Source: Ancylonema sp.
Taxonomy: Eukaryota
Length of the DNA stretch: 62,692 nt
Direction of reading: 5' to 3'
Assembly: GCA_050230475.1 (NCBI GenBank)
Contig: JBFLGF010000165.1
Location: 1 to 62,692 of the forward strand
The position numbers and the translations under genes were made by a program. Below the pieces are notes generated by a model, which saw nothing but the letters and a program-made list of their open reading frames with translations, ran no database searches and had not been told where the DNA came from. Below, in pieces: positions 10,192-21,684 of the stretch. Each line of letters starts with the position of its first letter. Within the stretch, counting starts at the first letter, position 1.

Positions 10192-12551
10192 TGATGATAA
10201 TAATAAGAAGAACCTTTATAATAAGAATAATAATAATAGCAATAATAAACGACCCCCTGTTTCGTGGATTTCAGTGCAAGACCCGTTTTGGGGGCTCCCA
10301 GAAGCGATCATGTCGGAGGCTGCCTTTGTGAGGGAGGACTACGTGGTGGCCAACCAGAGCGTGCCACCTGTCTGGGGTAGGGTGGGGGAGGAGGATGGGA
10401 CGGCGACAGGTGGCAGAAGGTGAGAGGGTACAAATAAAAAATGAATCATATGTGTATACATGCCATGCATGGTGTATATACAGAATACTTATGTGCACGT
10501 GACACATCACATGCACATGCATGTCACATGTGTGTACCTAGGATACGTATCAGATGCGCTGAAGTGGGAAGGGTGAACGTATGGGGGAGGGTGGGAGTGC
10601 AGGATAGGAGGATTGCCCAACGGACAAGTGCCACCTGGCAGCGAACCCAACGGAGGAGATCTGTTCGGGTTTAAGACCAGGTTGAATGTGAGTGTGGGGT
10701 GGAGGGAGGGAGGGAGGGGGGGGGTGAAATGACCTCATCACAATTATGGGTCCGTTTTTTGGTGTTTTGGTGTTTTCCAGGAAGTGGAGTCCTCTTACTC
10801 CCTGCCACCTGTCGCTGCTGCCAAGGTGGCTGCGCCTGGGACAGGTGGATCATCCTGGAAGCCGGCGCCAGGTGGCCTGTTCGATGATGATGAGGAGGAG
10901 GAGGAGGAGGAGTCGGGTGGGTTGGGGGCTGGGGGTGGGGGGTTGGAGGTTGGGGGCTGGGGGCTGGGGGCTGGTTTTTTTGGGAGGGAACATACGTGTT
11001 TTTGAGACATATATAGATATGAGTATTGTACATGAATCAACTTCAACTTTTATACTGTCTATTTCATACGCTCCTGTTTCGTTGGCATTAGACCACACAT
11101 GCCGCTTCCTCATTGCCCTCTCCATGGTGCAACCCCTGGCAGGGGACAGTGACACCCGCCAGGTGGCAGCCATGTCAGCGCCAGCACCCCCTGTGCCCAC
11201 CGACACGCTGTTGGGGAGGCTGGGGTGGGGGAGTAAGGGGGAGGGGAAATCCGAACGGGGAGACGATGTGTTGCCAGGTGGCGTGCAACGGAAAGCAGCG
11301 GAAGGTTCCGGAAGGTTGAGAGGAGATCCATTCACAATGCCGCGGTTGGACCAACTGAAAGGGCTGCTGGGGAAGGGGGGTGGGCAGGGGAGGGCTGGAG
11401 AGGCTGGAGAGGCTGGAGAGGCTGGAGAGGCTGGAGAGGCTGGGGGAGCTGGGGCTCTGAGGGGGTTGGTACGAGATGGTGTGAGGGAGATAGGAGAAGA
11501 GACAGGTGGCGGGAGGAAGGCAGGGGAGGTCGATGGAGCGACAGGTGGAGGTCTCTTTGATAGCGATGATGACGAGGATGTGGTGGTTGCTGACATCATG
11601 GTCGTCACAGGAGCCGGTGAACCTGAACCCAAACGGATGTTTGGAGAAAGAGAGGGAGTCGTGCAGTCTCCACCCCCTCACAGACCGCTGACAGGTGGCG
11701 TCAACAGCCCTGCAGAAGCAACAGCTGGCAGTTCCCTATCGAAGCTCCAACAAGCCCTGGCTGCTCGGAGGGGGCCGGGATCTTCTGATGCAGATAGCGA
11801 TTTCGGTGGTAGTGAGGGGGAGGGGGAGGGGGAAGTGGAGAGGGGGAGGGCTGAGGGGGACAACAGAGAGGCGAATGGGAAGGCGACACCTGGAGGGGTG
11901 GGGAGGTTTGTGGGTGGGCAGAGGGTGGGGCCTGTCAGGCTGGTGGGGTTGGGGGGAGAGGATGGAGAGGGTATCGGCTCCTTTGCTGACGTGGCAGCAG
12001 AGGCCGAGGTGGTGCCAGGTGGCGAGGTGACGTCTAGCCAGCTGTCCATACCCAGACAGACAGAGAGAGGAAGTGGAGCGTGGTTTGACAATGAAGAGAG
12101 GAAGGAAAGGGGGGAGAGCCCTGTGGAAGCAGAGAGTGTGAGGGGGGGAGTGAAGGCATCTGGCGTACTCGATGACGTGGCAGAACCTTATTCGTCGGCC
12201 GCGTCGGGATTGGATGGAGGAAACGGGGTTGGGAGTGAGGGGAGGGCACGGGGAGTGGAGGGGAGGGGTGTCTCTAAGAAGTTTTCTTCCTTATTTGATG
12301 ATGATGGTGGTGATGATGATGGGACAGAAGATACCCTGTTCGGGGGTTCAGGAGTAGGGAAGAGTAAGGGCGGGGGGACGGGACAAGGGGGTGGTTTATT
12401 TAGGAAGGAAGAGTACAATAGAGTGGGGGAAGTAAGTGGTGGTGCGATTGAAGTGGGGTCGAGTAGCGGGAAGAAGGAGGGCAAAGGGGTGGGTAAGAGA
12501 ACAGCAGCAGCGCCTGTGAGACATAAATTCAAATCGTTATTTGATGACTGA
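6882..12551 (+). CDS. WASHC2: WASH complex subunit FAM21/WASHC2-like protein
   Basis: Exons 6882-6935 ([18 protein letters not shown]), 7377-7541 ([19 protein letters not shown]...[11 protein letters not shown]), 8091-8309 (RVEEEVD...[14 protein letters not shown]), 8450-8534 ([23 protein letters not shown]), 9173-9191, 9332-9413, 9735-~9984, then less certain exons to TGA at 12549-12551. The N-terminus follows the FAM21 head pattern (WSLxxDxxLLxxLQxFS...LSNTQFIENRV...RPLPxxIG). The low-complexity tail carries several L-F-acidic motifs and ends SLFDD*. Confidence 0.8.
7548..7718. repeat. (GAACCT/GAACCC/GAACCG)n hexamer array, intronic
   Basis: Begins just after the donor gtaag at 7542; source of the spurious EPEPEP/FRFR ORFs. 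Confidence 0.9.
8588..8790 (+). repeat. Degenerate plant-telomere-like (TTTAGGG) repeats, intronic
   Basis: Multiple TTTAGGGTT/TTCAGGGTT units; similar tracts at about 2925-2960 and 9430-9660. Confidence 0.7.
8985..9146. repeat. (TA)n/(TATATG)n microsatellite
   Basis: Directly visible. Confidence 0.95.
9196..9266. repeat. (GAACCTGAACCA)n array, intronic
   Basis: Begins right after the donor gtaag at 9192. Confidence 0.9.
10053..10248. repeat. (GAT)n/(TAT)n/(AAT)n compound microsatellite, intronic
   Basis: Directly visible. Confidence 0.9.
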
Positions 12552-12558
12552 ATGGACT

Positions 12559-12656
12559 CTCGGTTATGTAACCTCGGTTAAGTAACCTCGGGTTTGTAAC
12601 CTCGGGTACGTAACCTCGGGTTCGTAACCTTGGTTATGTAACTTCGGTTACGTAAC
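12559..12656. repeat. 7 x 14-bp tandem repeat (consensus CTCGGTTAYGTAAC)
   Basis: Seven contiguous units directly after the FAM21-like stop codon. Confidence 0.9.
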
Positions 12657-13307
12657 ATACGTGGCAATCAAACTCAATCGTTCTCAAGGTGGTCGCTTTC
12701 AATATTCGGCTACTTCGCAACCAAAAACAAGCTGAGTGGGATTTTCTAAATACGAGCTAAAATGGTGATGTGTCACACCCCGATTTAGTGATGGGAATGT
12801 GATGACTCTGGCTATCTGTGCACTACGATATAGGTTTTCACTTTGTTATTGACTCTCTTTATTTGTTAACGTCAACACATAGGGATGTTGACGGGAGCTT
12901 TGAAGAAGTAGTAAGTTGTGCACCAACTTTGATTGTGTATTTTATCAGAATGATATTAGAATGTACTCTACTTAATGGTGCAAGATACGATACCGAGTTG
13001 TGAGAACAGTACACATGAATATTCAGTGTGTGTAAAGTTGCATCGGCTACCCATCATGTGTTAGCACGAAAATTGATGAATGCAAGCGGAGAATACACCC
13101 TGACAAACCGATTGAGCTTGTTTCCAAATAAACGTAGGGGAGCTTAGCGTCCTACAAACGTTTGTGTTTGTAAATAAAGAGGAGCGAAAAGAATAAGTGT
13201 GGTGGAAAACGCACGTCTAATTTTGTATACCCTCATTCATTTAAGTCTTCGTCCATTTAGCCGTGGCCACATCCTCCTGAGATCTCATCTCAATGCGATA
13301 GTGGGGT

Positions 13308-14168
13308 GTGCTGAATGTGCTCTCTATAATCGAACCAATCGGAGCATCCGCATTCCGTCTGCAGCTGCCCTCGTCCATGCAAATTCATCCAGTTTTTCAT
13401 GTCAGTGTGCTTGAGCTACATGTGGTGAACACGTTCCCGGGTCGCGTCGTGGACATCCCTTTACCCATCCAGGTGGACGGGTTTCCAGAATATGAGGTCC
13501 ATTCCATCCTTGATTCTCGTTTCAAGCGCCGCAAACGAGAGTATCTTGTGGACTGGATTGGCTACGACGCGTCGGACCGGACCTGGGAACTTGCAGCGAA
13601 TCTTACAAATGCCCAAGATGCCATAGCCACGTTTCATCATACTCGATTTCCATCTCGACCAAATCCTGTTTTTTCTCCTGTTGTTTCGTAATAATTCTGC
13701 TGTTGTCCTTCAAATATTTTGTGTTGTCCTTTTCTTAGATTCCATTTTGTGTTGATTTTCTTTAGATATTCAGTACGATTGTTTTTTTTCACTTTGTACA
13801 GTACGTGTTTTTGTTTTTTAGTCTTGTTATCTCGTATCCGGTATCCCGTCTACTCCATTTAACGGGGGGGTATTGTTAGGACTACTCCCTCTAGTCTAGT
13901 GCTCCTATAGTGAGTGCGCCCTAACCCGCACTAGTGTGCTTCTAGCCCTAGACTACAGTTGTGCTTATAGTGTGTGTATTCTATTTTATCCCATATCGAG
14001 TTTCCCTTCGTGTTTAGTATATATAGCCATTAGGAGCGCTATCCTAGGTCACTCCTAACAACTCATGTATTTACCCTTTTCAATAGTGCTCTTTCCCATT
14101 CCATCGAGTACTTTGTGAATTGTATTTTCTTTTAAGCTACGACGCTCTTTCCTTTGAGCGTCGTAACA
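13308..14168 (+). mobile_element. Ty3/gypsy chromovirus 3' remnant: integrase C-terminus, chromodomain, PPT and 3' LTR
   Basis: AFRLQLPSSMQIHPVFHVSVL and EYEVHSILDSR...EYLVDWIGYDASDRTWE; polypurine GGGGGGG at about 13864; LTR TGTTAGG...GTAACA at 13874-14168. Confidence 0.88.
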
Positions 14169-14273
14169 CCAGGACCCCAGAAACCCAGAACCCTAGAACC
14201 ATAACTTACACCCTCCACTCCCCCACTCCTCTCTTACCCCGCTCCTCACTCCTCCCCCCTCCTCCCCCCTCAG

Positions 14274-15993
14274 GTTACCCGCGTGCGTCGCGACGGCAAA
14301 CCCTGCATTAGTACAGGGACGCAGGGGGAGGGGCGGGACCAGGTCACTCTGGTTTTTACCTCCTTCGCCAAACTGAGCAAAGTGACGGTGGAGGCCATGA
14401 TAGTGATTTCAGCATTCAGCAACATGCACGATGACGTGTGCGGTACGGCTGCGGAGAAGAGGACGAACCTGCTGGTGCTGCCGTATCATAAGTCCCTGGT
14501 GAGGGGAGGACACTCTTGTTACTTTATAGAATAGGATTGGGTCAGGTGATCCTGAGGAAATTATATACATTTATATATTTATATCTCTTATAATTGTCTT
14601 TTCAAAATTCTAAATTCTAAATTCTAAATTCTAAATCCAAAATTCTAAATTCTAAATTCTAAATTATAAATTCTAAATTAAAATTATATTTCCTTAATTG
14701 TAATGAACCCTGAAATGACAAGAACAAATACATTTACCACCCCAACCCCACCCCCTCATAGAAAACCCCTCAAACTAAATAACCCCTCTCTGTTAAACCT
14801 CTCTCTCCTCATCGCCCCCCCCCCCCTGCTCCAGGCCTTCGACGGCCAGCTTGAGACCGGCAACCCCGGATTCCAATTAGTCAACGCCGCTGTGTTCCAA
14901 TCCGCCCCCTGCTCTGTGGCCACCCTGGTGGATTGGGGGCTAGGGGGATTGGCACAAGTCTACCCGGGACAGGTGTCGGACCAAATTGCAATTCTGTTTT
15001 TTGGGGGGCCGGATGATAGGGAGGCGTTGGCCGTGGCGATGAGGATGGGGGAGCATCCGGGGACGCAGGTGGGGGTGGGGGGGGGGATGGGGAGAGGATA
15101 GGGGAGGATCAAAACCAGTGGATGAGAATGGACTTATTCCGATACAAGGGAAGATGCAAAAGTGGAGGAGGGGAAAGAGAAAGGGAAGAGATCCCTACCC
15201 CCCATCCCCCATCCCCTTTGATATAGGATGAGAGGGGATGGGGTCACGCCAAAGAATCAAACGATCAAAACATAAGGAAAAAACTAGGTGCATACAAACT
15301 GCTTCACATGCACACAAATCGCTCCCTCACCAACAAACTACTTTCAGAATGGGGAAACACGAAAAGGACCAAAATGAAGTATACGGATCTCATCCTCATG
15401 TGTTCTTCTCTTTCCAGGTCCGTATTTTCCACTTCACCCCCACCGACAAAGTCAGTCCCGACGACACCTCTCCCAACAGTGGCGGCGAACTCTCTACGCC
15501 CCAAAACGCTGCCCCAGAATCCCTCTCTCTCTCCGTCGACAAGCTCGAATCAGAGCTCGACACACGCGCCATGGAACAAGCGAAATCCGAGGCGGAACAG
15601 AAAGACGCGTCACAGTCAGGGGAGGTGCTCTTCGAGCAGAGGCACGTTTCAGAGGCAGTGGAGGCAGCCATGGTTGTTGCTAGGGAAGGATATAACTTGC
15701 TCATCATTGGACGAGGCCGTACACCCTCCCCTCTCATCGGGGCAATTCCAAACCAGTCCGGGGGCCGGTATTTGGGAAGGGGGAGGGAGGAGGCACAGGG
15801 GTTAGGTCATTTGGGAGACGTTTTGATCGGGCAGTTCAACGAACTTAACAACTCGCTACTAGCGGTGCAGCAGTTTGATGCGTCGTTAGTCAAGGCCACG
15901 CAAAAGACTGCGAGCTTCAAAAGCAATCCCTTGTTCGATACACCAGCACTAGAGGAGGGGGAGGAGGCAGAGGTTCTCGAGCATGCAAAGTAA
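14274..15993 (+). pseudogene. CHX: Cation/H+ exchanger (CHX/CPA2), C-terminal three exons only
   Basis: Exons 14274-14498 (MHDDVCGTAAEKRTNLLVLPYHK), 14835-15068 (APCSVATLVDWG...FFGGPDDREALA), 15418-15993 (YNLLIIGRG...LGHLGDVL). Frames are intact, but no transmembrane-domain exons were found upstream. Confidence 0.75.
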
Positions 15994-16599
15994 AGTGGAG
16001 TGGAGCGGAGCAGAGGGTCGTTTGGGATGTGAACTTCATTTAGTTGCAACCGTGTGTAGATGGTACGAGTTAGTATATAAATGTGTGATTATACGACATA
16101 CTTCTCGAGTTCAGTATATAATGGCGTATCGCCGCCGTGCAATCAATAACTGGTGCAGGCGATACGCAAGTAGGTTCACTTTATAGCGGTGTAATGATTG
16201 TTGCACCACCCCCGTATAGTTGATGTACGACACGTAGTGTGACCTTTGCGGCCGGGCCGGCCATTAGCCCCGCCTGTATAGTGGTGGGAAATAAACATAT
16301 TTTACTAAGTTCGCTTCGTTTCAATGTTTAGTGACGTTCGGTGTTTGCAATTGTAGCAGCTTACACTCTTTATAGCGACACCATTGTGTCAGAGTGAGCC
16401 CCGTGGTGCTTATAACCTTTCCTTGTGTCTTGCATTGCCTTGCATTGCCGTGTTACCCCTGACGTTGCATCCATTGTGTGATTACACTTCATTCTCGTAA
16501 CTGATCAATGTTTGTAGTCGAGTATTGAGATGCATAATCTGACCCATCTCACAGTTTCGTGCACTCACGCAGAGCCGCCTACGCCCTAGCTCCTCTAAA

Positions 16600-17131
16600 A
16601 TAGACTCAACTCGGACCCAAACTCAACTCTTACTCAGAATGGCAATAATCATTCACATACTCATTGTACACATATACATATGGCGCATCACATAGACGAA
16701 GCTTCTTTCTCATAAAGCAAGTGAAAAATCAATACCGGAGAAGAAACGACTATATTGTCCGGAAGTAGATCTCTTTAGCCAAACACAAGTCCAACCTTTT
16801 GACGTAGCTAAGTCGGTCAGACGTTTAAGACCCTTGACCTTGAGTCATCGAACGATCAATCTAAACCTCACAGCAACTTCAAATACATATCGCCGCGCCA
16901 TTCAAATTGTCGTCGCCACGTGTCACCACTAATTTTGCTGGTACAAAATACGCGAACCTTTCGATCCAAAATACACGCGTCACAATTCTAAGCATTGATC
17001 CAGTCAACATTCGATATCTTTTCATGACACATGCGCCACGCGCATGTACCCGAACAACTAAATAGGCAATCCAACTACAGTAAAACCAAAACTAACATAA
17101 TATACGTGTTGCAGCACTTATATCTCACACA
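16600..17131 (-). mobile_element. Diverged copy of the non-coding element found at 31094-31733
   Basis: Reverse-complement matches, e.g. GTTGCAGCACTTATATCTCACA, CATAGACGAAGCTTCTTTC, AAAGCAAGTGAAAAAT, TTGAGTCATCGAACGATCAATCTA. Confidence 0.75.
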
Positions 17132-18096
17132 GCAACCCAAGCAATGCCTTGGGCCTGTCTTCACTCACAAATTGAACTTTGTGCAAAGATGGTTGTGAAC
17201 TCAATTGCCTAATGATTTGACTGAGTGCCAAAGTTCTTAGCAGAGCATAAAATAGCCTTCCAAGAACCCAACCCACCCATCCAGAGACGTCCTACTTCCT
17301 TCCTTTCAACTTTCTAAAATTTGGCTTAATACTCACCTTAACGGACCCAAAGAATTCAGTTTTGAAAACTAGACAGGCAGTTACGGCACTCAGTAATGGT
17401 GGCCCAACCAACTCATAAACACAGAGATAGGTTGGAAAGATAAAAAGGGATGGACAAGCATGCTTCTGAAGGTGTTTCATAGTATGGCACATCTGGGGGT
17501 GAAGCTGATAGGGGAGGCTTAACTTTGATCATACCTTGATAGGTGGAACTGGGGGCAAAAATTCTGAACCCTAACGTAGAAATGGCAAAAGAAAGGCAGT
17601 CTACTACAAGCATTATACGCATTTAGAGTCGTTAGCTCTCTTGGAGGAGCGGTCACTGCAATTTGTGTCATTTTGAAGCGCTCAAAGATTGGAGGGTATG
17701 TTGCAGTTGAATAATGACATATCTGGCGTCGGATTTTAGTTCGTTTCGTTTAGTGTAGTACTCATGGCACCTATGCAACGACATGTGTAGCTTAGCAGCG
17801 CAGCGAGAGATATTGACACTAGAGTCGTTTCTCTTGCGGTAGTCGCTTGGAATATCAGATGAAAAATATTTGGCGTCGGATTTGAATTATTACTACCTAT
17901 ACGGCATTTATTTTACTTATCATTATTATATCATTTTAAATCTTCCATGCTACCACACCATTGCCCATAAATGGACCCTTCAACTCAACCCACTACGTCC
18001 GAACATTGTGTCTTATAACATTGAATGTCCGCTATCATTTGCAAGAGATACCTCGTATCTCTTATAATATGTATCGCCATTTCTACATTTTTACAC

Positions 18097-21000
18097 CTAA
18101 ACACTAGTTTCCAGCAAACGTTGAGCATTGTGATTTGCATCATCAATCGCTTGTACCATGATTTCCCAAAACGCCGAAACGTCCATACTCCGCGCCACTA
18201 TCACATTGGGAGGTTTCCCACTCTGTTTCCACACATCACAGACAGTTTGGCCCGCACACAACTGCAAAGGAGCATCGAAGGGACAAGGTCAATTTGTGGT
18301 CAGATAAACGAGTCCATATACTATTTTATATTAAAATCCATATTGAAATATTTACTATATACGCCAAGCAAAAGTACGTCTTGCAATTATGGGCTCCGAA
18401 CCATACAAATCTCTTGAGCTTAAGAAATATGAAAATCGCGAATGCACACGGTAAAATTCGAGACACTGAAGGTCGAGCACTATCAACCGGGTAGCTCAAC
18501 AGCTCAACAAAAAAATCTATACATGCTCGCCGAAAGCACGACCCATGCGGTATCTTTATCACTTATTCGATTGCTAGTCTCCCATCCTTATGAAGTGTAA
18601 TACCGAAAACTTTTGCATCCACTTCTCCTGCCCAAAACACACAAAACGATTCTACACGGCACACATTGTGCGGTCTCCTCTCAAATTTATCGACAAAAAA
18701 CGGCTTAAAAAGGCCAAAGCGGGGATACGCACCTCGCTCATCACCTCCACGTCGACACGCAAGTGGTCGACCTAGAAGAGACGAGAAAAAATGAGGGGAA
18801 AAATAAAATAAAATATTTGAAGGAGATCGACATTCACGATGACACAGAAGAAAGCAAGCCCGCCTTCAATATGGATCCAAAACCCACTTCTCCACCACCC
18901 CTCACTCTTACCTCGAACAGGTGTGGGGCGATGAGGAAGGCCAGCGCGCAGGGGTCATGGAGGGGGGGGTGTTGGAACGAAAACACCTCCCTGTAAGTAT
19001 GGGCGAAAAATCTGAAGAATTTCCGAAACTGCGGATACCAAAGGTTGCAAGCGAGACGTTTCTCAATCATGCCGTGGCAGATGTGGCAGAATGGCAGAAT
19101 GGCAGAATGGCAGAATATCAGAATGGCACAATGGCACCCTGTTAGAGACAGCCAGGGGGTGCGGTGCTCACCGAAGGTGCATCGAAGGGGGTTGTGGTTG
19201 TCCGTCTCATTTTCTGTGCATCAATCGGCAGTGACGAGGGTCACCTGATAGGGTTCAGAAACGCAGGTAGGCATGAGTGAGAGTAAGTGGTCTGCGAATG
19301 CCAGCTGTCACCTCGAGAGGGATCATGACAAGGGGCACGCCGCAAAGTAGACCATCTTGGCAGCCTCTGGATCACAATGCACGCCACTTATGAGGCGAAA
19401 AAGCGTTGACACCCAATGCCCAGACTCTCATCCCGAGTCTACAGTTGCCCACCTGGATGCAACTCTGCGATAGGACCTGCACACAAAGACAACCAACCGA
19501 CAAGTTTCGCACAACGGCACCACCACCGACACCCCGAAGGACGAAGGAATGGCACCTGTGTTCCCGATGCCCAAGCACGCCTCCTGACACCCCCCCACCA
19601 CCCCCCCACTGTCAGGTTGGTGTTGTCAGTCTGGCAAAAGGAGAGGCTGAAGACATTACCCATAAATATGATCTACTCGGGATTGATGACGTGGCGCCGT
19701 GAATTGTGCCGAGTGTCACCTGGCCCCCCACCACAAACAGATACACCATTGTGAACCGCGTAGGGGGTAGGGGTTAAAATCACCTGAGTGAAAGTCCTTC
19801 ACTTCCGGATACAGTGGTCTGCGATTGCCAGCTGTCACCTCGAGAGGAATCATGACAAGGGGCACGCCGCAGAGGAGGACCATCTTGGCAGCCTCTGGAT
19901 CACACTGCACGCCACTCTTGAGGCGAGTAAGCGTTGACACCCAATGCCAGACTCTCATCCCGAGTCCAGTTGCCCACCTGGATGTTGAACTCTGCGATAG
20001 GACCTGCACACAAATCCAACCAACCAAAAACCTCAACCGACAAGTTTCGCACAACGGCACCACCACCGACACCCCGAAGGACGAGGGAATGGCACCTGTG
20101 GTCCCGATGCCCAAGCACCCTCCTGACACCCCCCCACCCCCCACTGTCAGCTTGGTGTTGTCAGCCGCGCCAGCTGGCAAAAGGAGAGGCAGAGACATTA
20201 CCCATAAATATGATCTACTCCGCATTGATGACGTGGCGCCGTGAATTGTTGCCGAGTGTCCACCAGCCCCCCACCACAAACAGATACACCATTGTGAACC
20301 ATCGTAGCCATAGGGACTCCTCTGTTAAAATCACCTGAAGAAAGTCCTTCACTTCCGGATACACGGTCAGCAGCAGCGCCGCATTGGTGATGCTGCCCGT
20401 GCTGACCAGAGTGACAACCTCCGCCCCACCACCACCTGCCACCTGTCGCCTTTCCAACAAGATATGGTAAGATATGGCAGTGAGTCACCCATACCTCCCC
20501 TCCACAGGATGCAGGCTGGGCTCACGTGGCAGTCCCGCAAGCGCTGGAACATGACGTTAACCGCTTTCCCCTCCACCGGCCCCTTGGTTTGCAGCGGCCA
20601 ATCAGAGCCGTCCAATCCGGAAACCCCGTGGATTTGAGGGCAGTGTTTGGCGGGGCGCATGAGGGGGGCTGCCTGCCCTTGGACCACATCGACATCTGTC
20701 CGCCCGCACAGGTGTAGGAGCTTGAGGGCATTGATTGTCACCTTCTCCACCTGCCACGTGGCACTCAGGGGAAGCTTTGAGTCGAGAGAGGCACTGAAGC
20801 TTCTGGAAGGGCCCCCTCACCGCTTGGTTGCCGTGGACGGTGGACACCCCAAGGAGGCGTAGGGAGGGAGAATGGGTGGCCAGGATGAGAGCCAGCGCGT
20901 CATCATGGCCTGGATGGGGCCCGCCACACAACAGTGGCAGAATGACTCGAGTGGACTGATAGCAGGTCAGAAATGCCACTAGGAAGCAGCAGCATGTAGA

Positions 21001-21684
21001 AGGGGCACAGTCAGCATTTCGGTGCCTTGGGGAAGGGAGGCCATGGGGTATGGGGCAAGGGATAGAAAGGCAGTCGAGTGTTCAGATATGTCCTCGTCAT
21101 CTTGCTTGAGAGGGAATGGTTGTGCTGGGGGAGAGTGCTATGGGGCGTGTGTGTATCTGGATGACATATTATACATGGAATTGATTGATGGAGGCTGCAA
21201 AAACAGGGGCGAGTTCTGGAGGTATCTCTGTTGGCAAAGCGTTTTGAGTTTGTTAGATATTGAAGGAAAGGCGCGTGTTACATATTTCCGAATATTTCGG
21301 AATGTAGAATGAGAGAGATTCGATAGTGGGAAAGAGATTGCATGGCAGTCTATGATGCCAATTCCGCCGATTTACTCGTGTCATAACTCGAGTAAGGGGA
21401 GTTGAGAAGCTGTGTTTCAGATTTTTCGTAGCCAAAAACGTGTTCTACGATGCGTGCGAATCACGGGAGATGCGGCTACAGGCTACAGGCACACCCACAC
21501 CTCGTCTGTATCTGCACCTAGAAATTAAACTTGTGACTGTGCAGATAACAGCGAGGATTGCATTTGAATTTGACCATCGCTAGACATCCCATGCAGTGTT
21601 AGAATGCGCATTTTATGATATCAAATGTTGAGTCGTGTTTTGACACTTGCCCGGATCACAATCCAGCCACACAGGCGCTGGCAT
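18097..21684 (-). CDS. Inosine/uridine-preferring nucleoside hydrolase (URH1/RihA-type), possibly disrupted
   Basis: Exons 21684-21651 (MPAPVWLDCDPG), 20909-20821 (HDDA...STVHGN), 20750-20526, 20442-20335, 20214-20202, 20122-20096, 20003-19978 (AEFNIQ), 19904-19839 (CDPEAA), about 19246-19172 (frameshifted), about 19028-18912 (PPLHDPCA), about 18771-18733, and 18261-18097 (GQTVCD...AFW). Confidence 0.85.
19286..20363. repeat. Tandem duplication (~530-550 bp units) inside the nucleoside hydrolase gene
   Basis: 19286-19812 is an indel-rich copy of 19813-20363. Confidence 0.85.

Noticed and set aside
10746..12551. 601-aa ORF as a stand-alone gene
   Set aside because: Its first ~130 codons run through an out-of-frame exon and an intron; only the 3' part is the terminal exon of the FAM21-like gene.
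12559..12656. CRISPR-like array
   Set aside because: Contiguous 14-bp units with no spacers, in eukaryotic context with no cas genes.
16457..16472. 16-bp match CCCTGACGTTGCATCC shared with about 47900 and 53642
   Set aside because: The flanks do not align; an isolated match with no supportable meaning.
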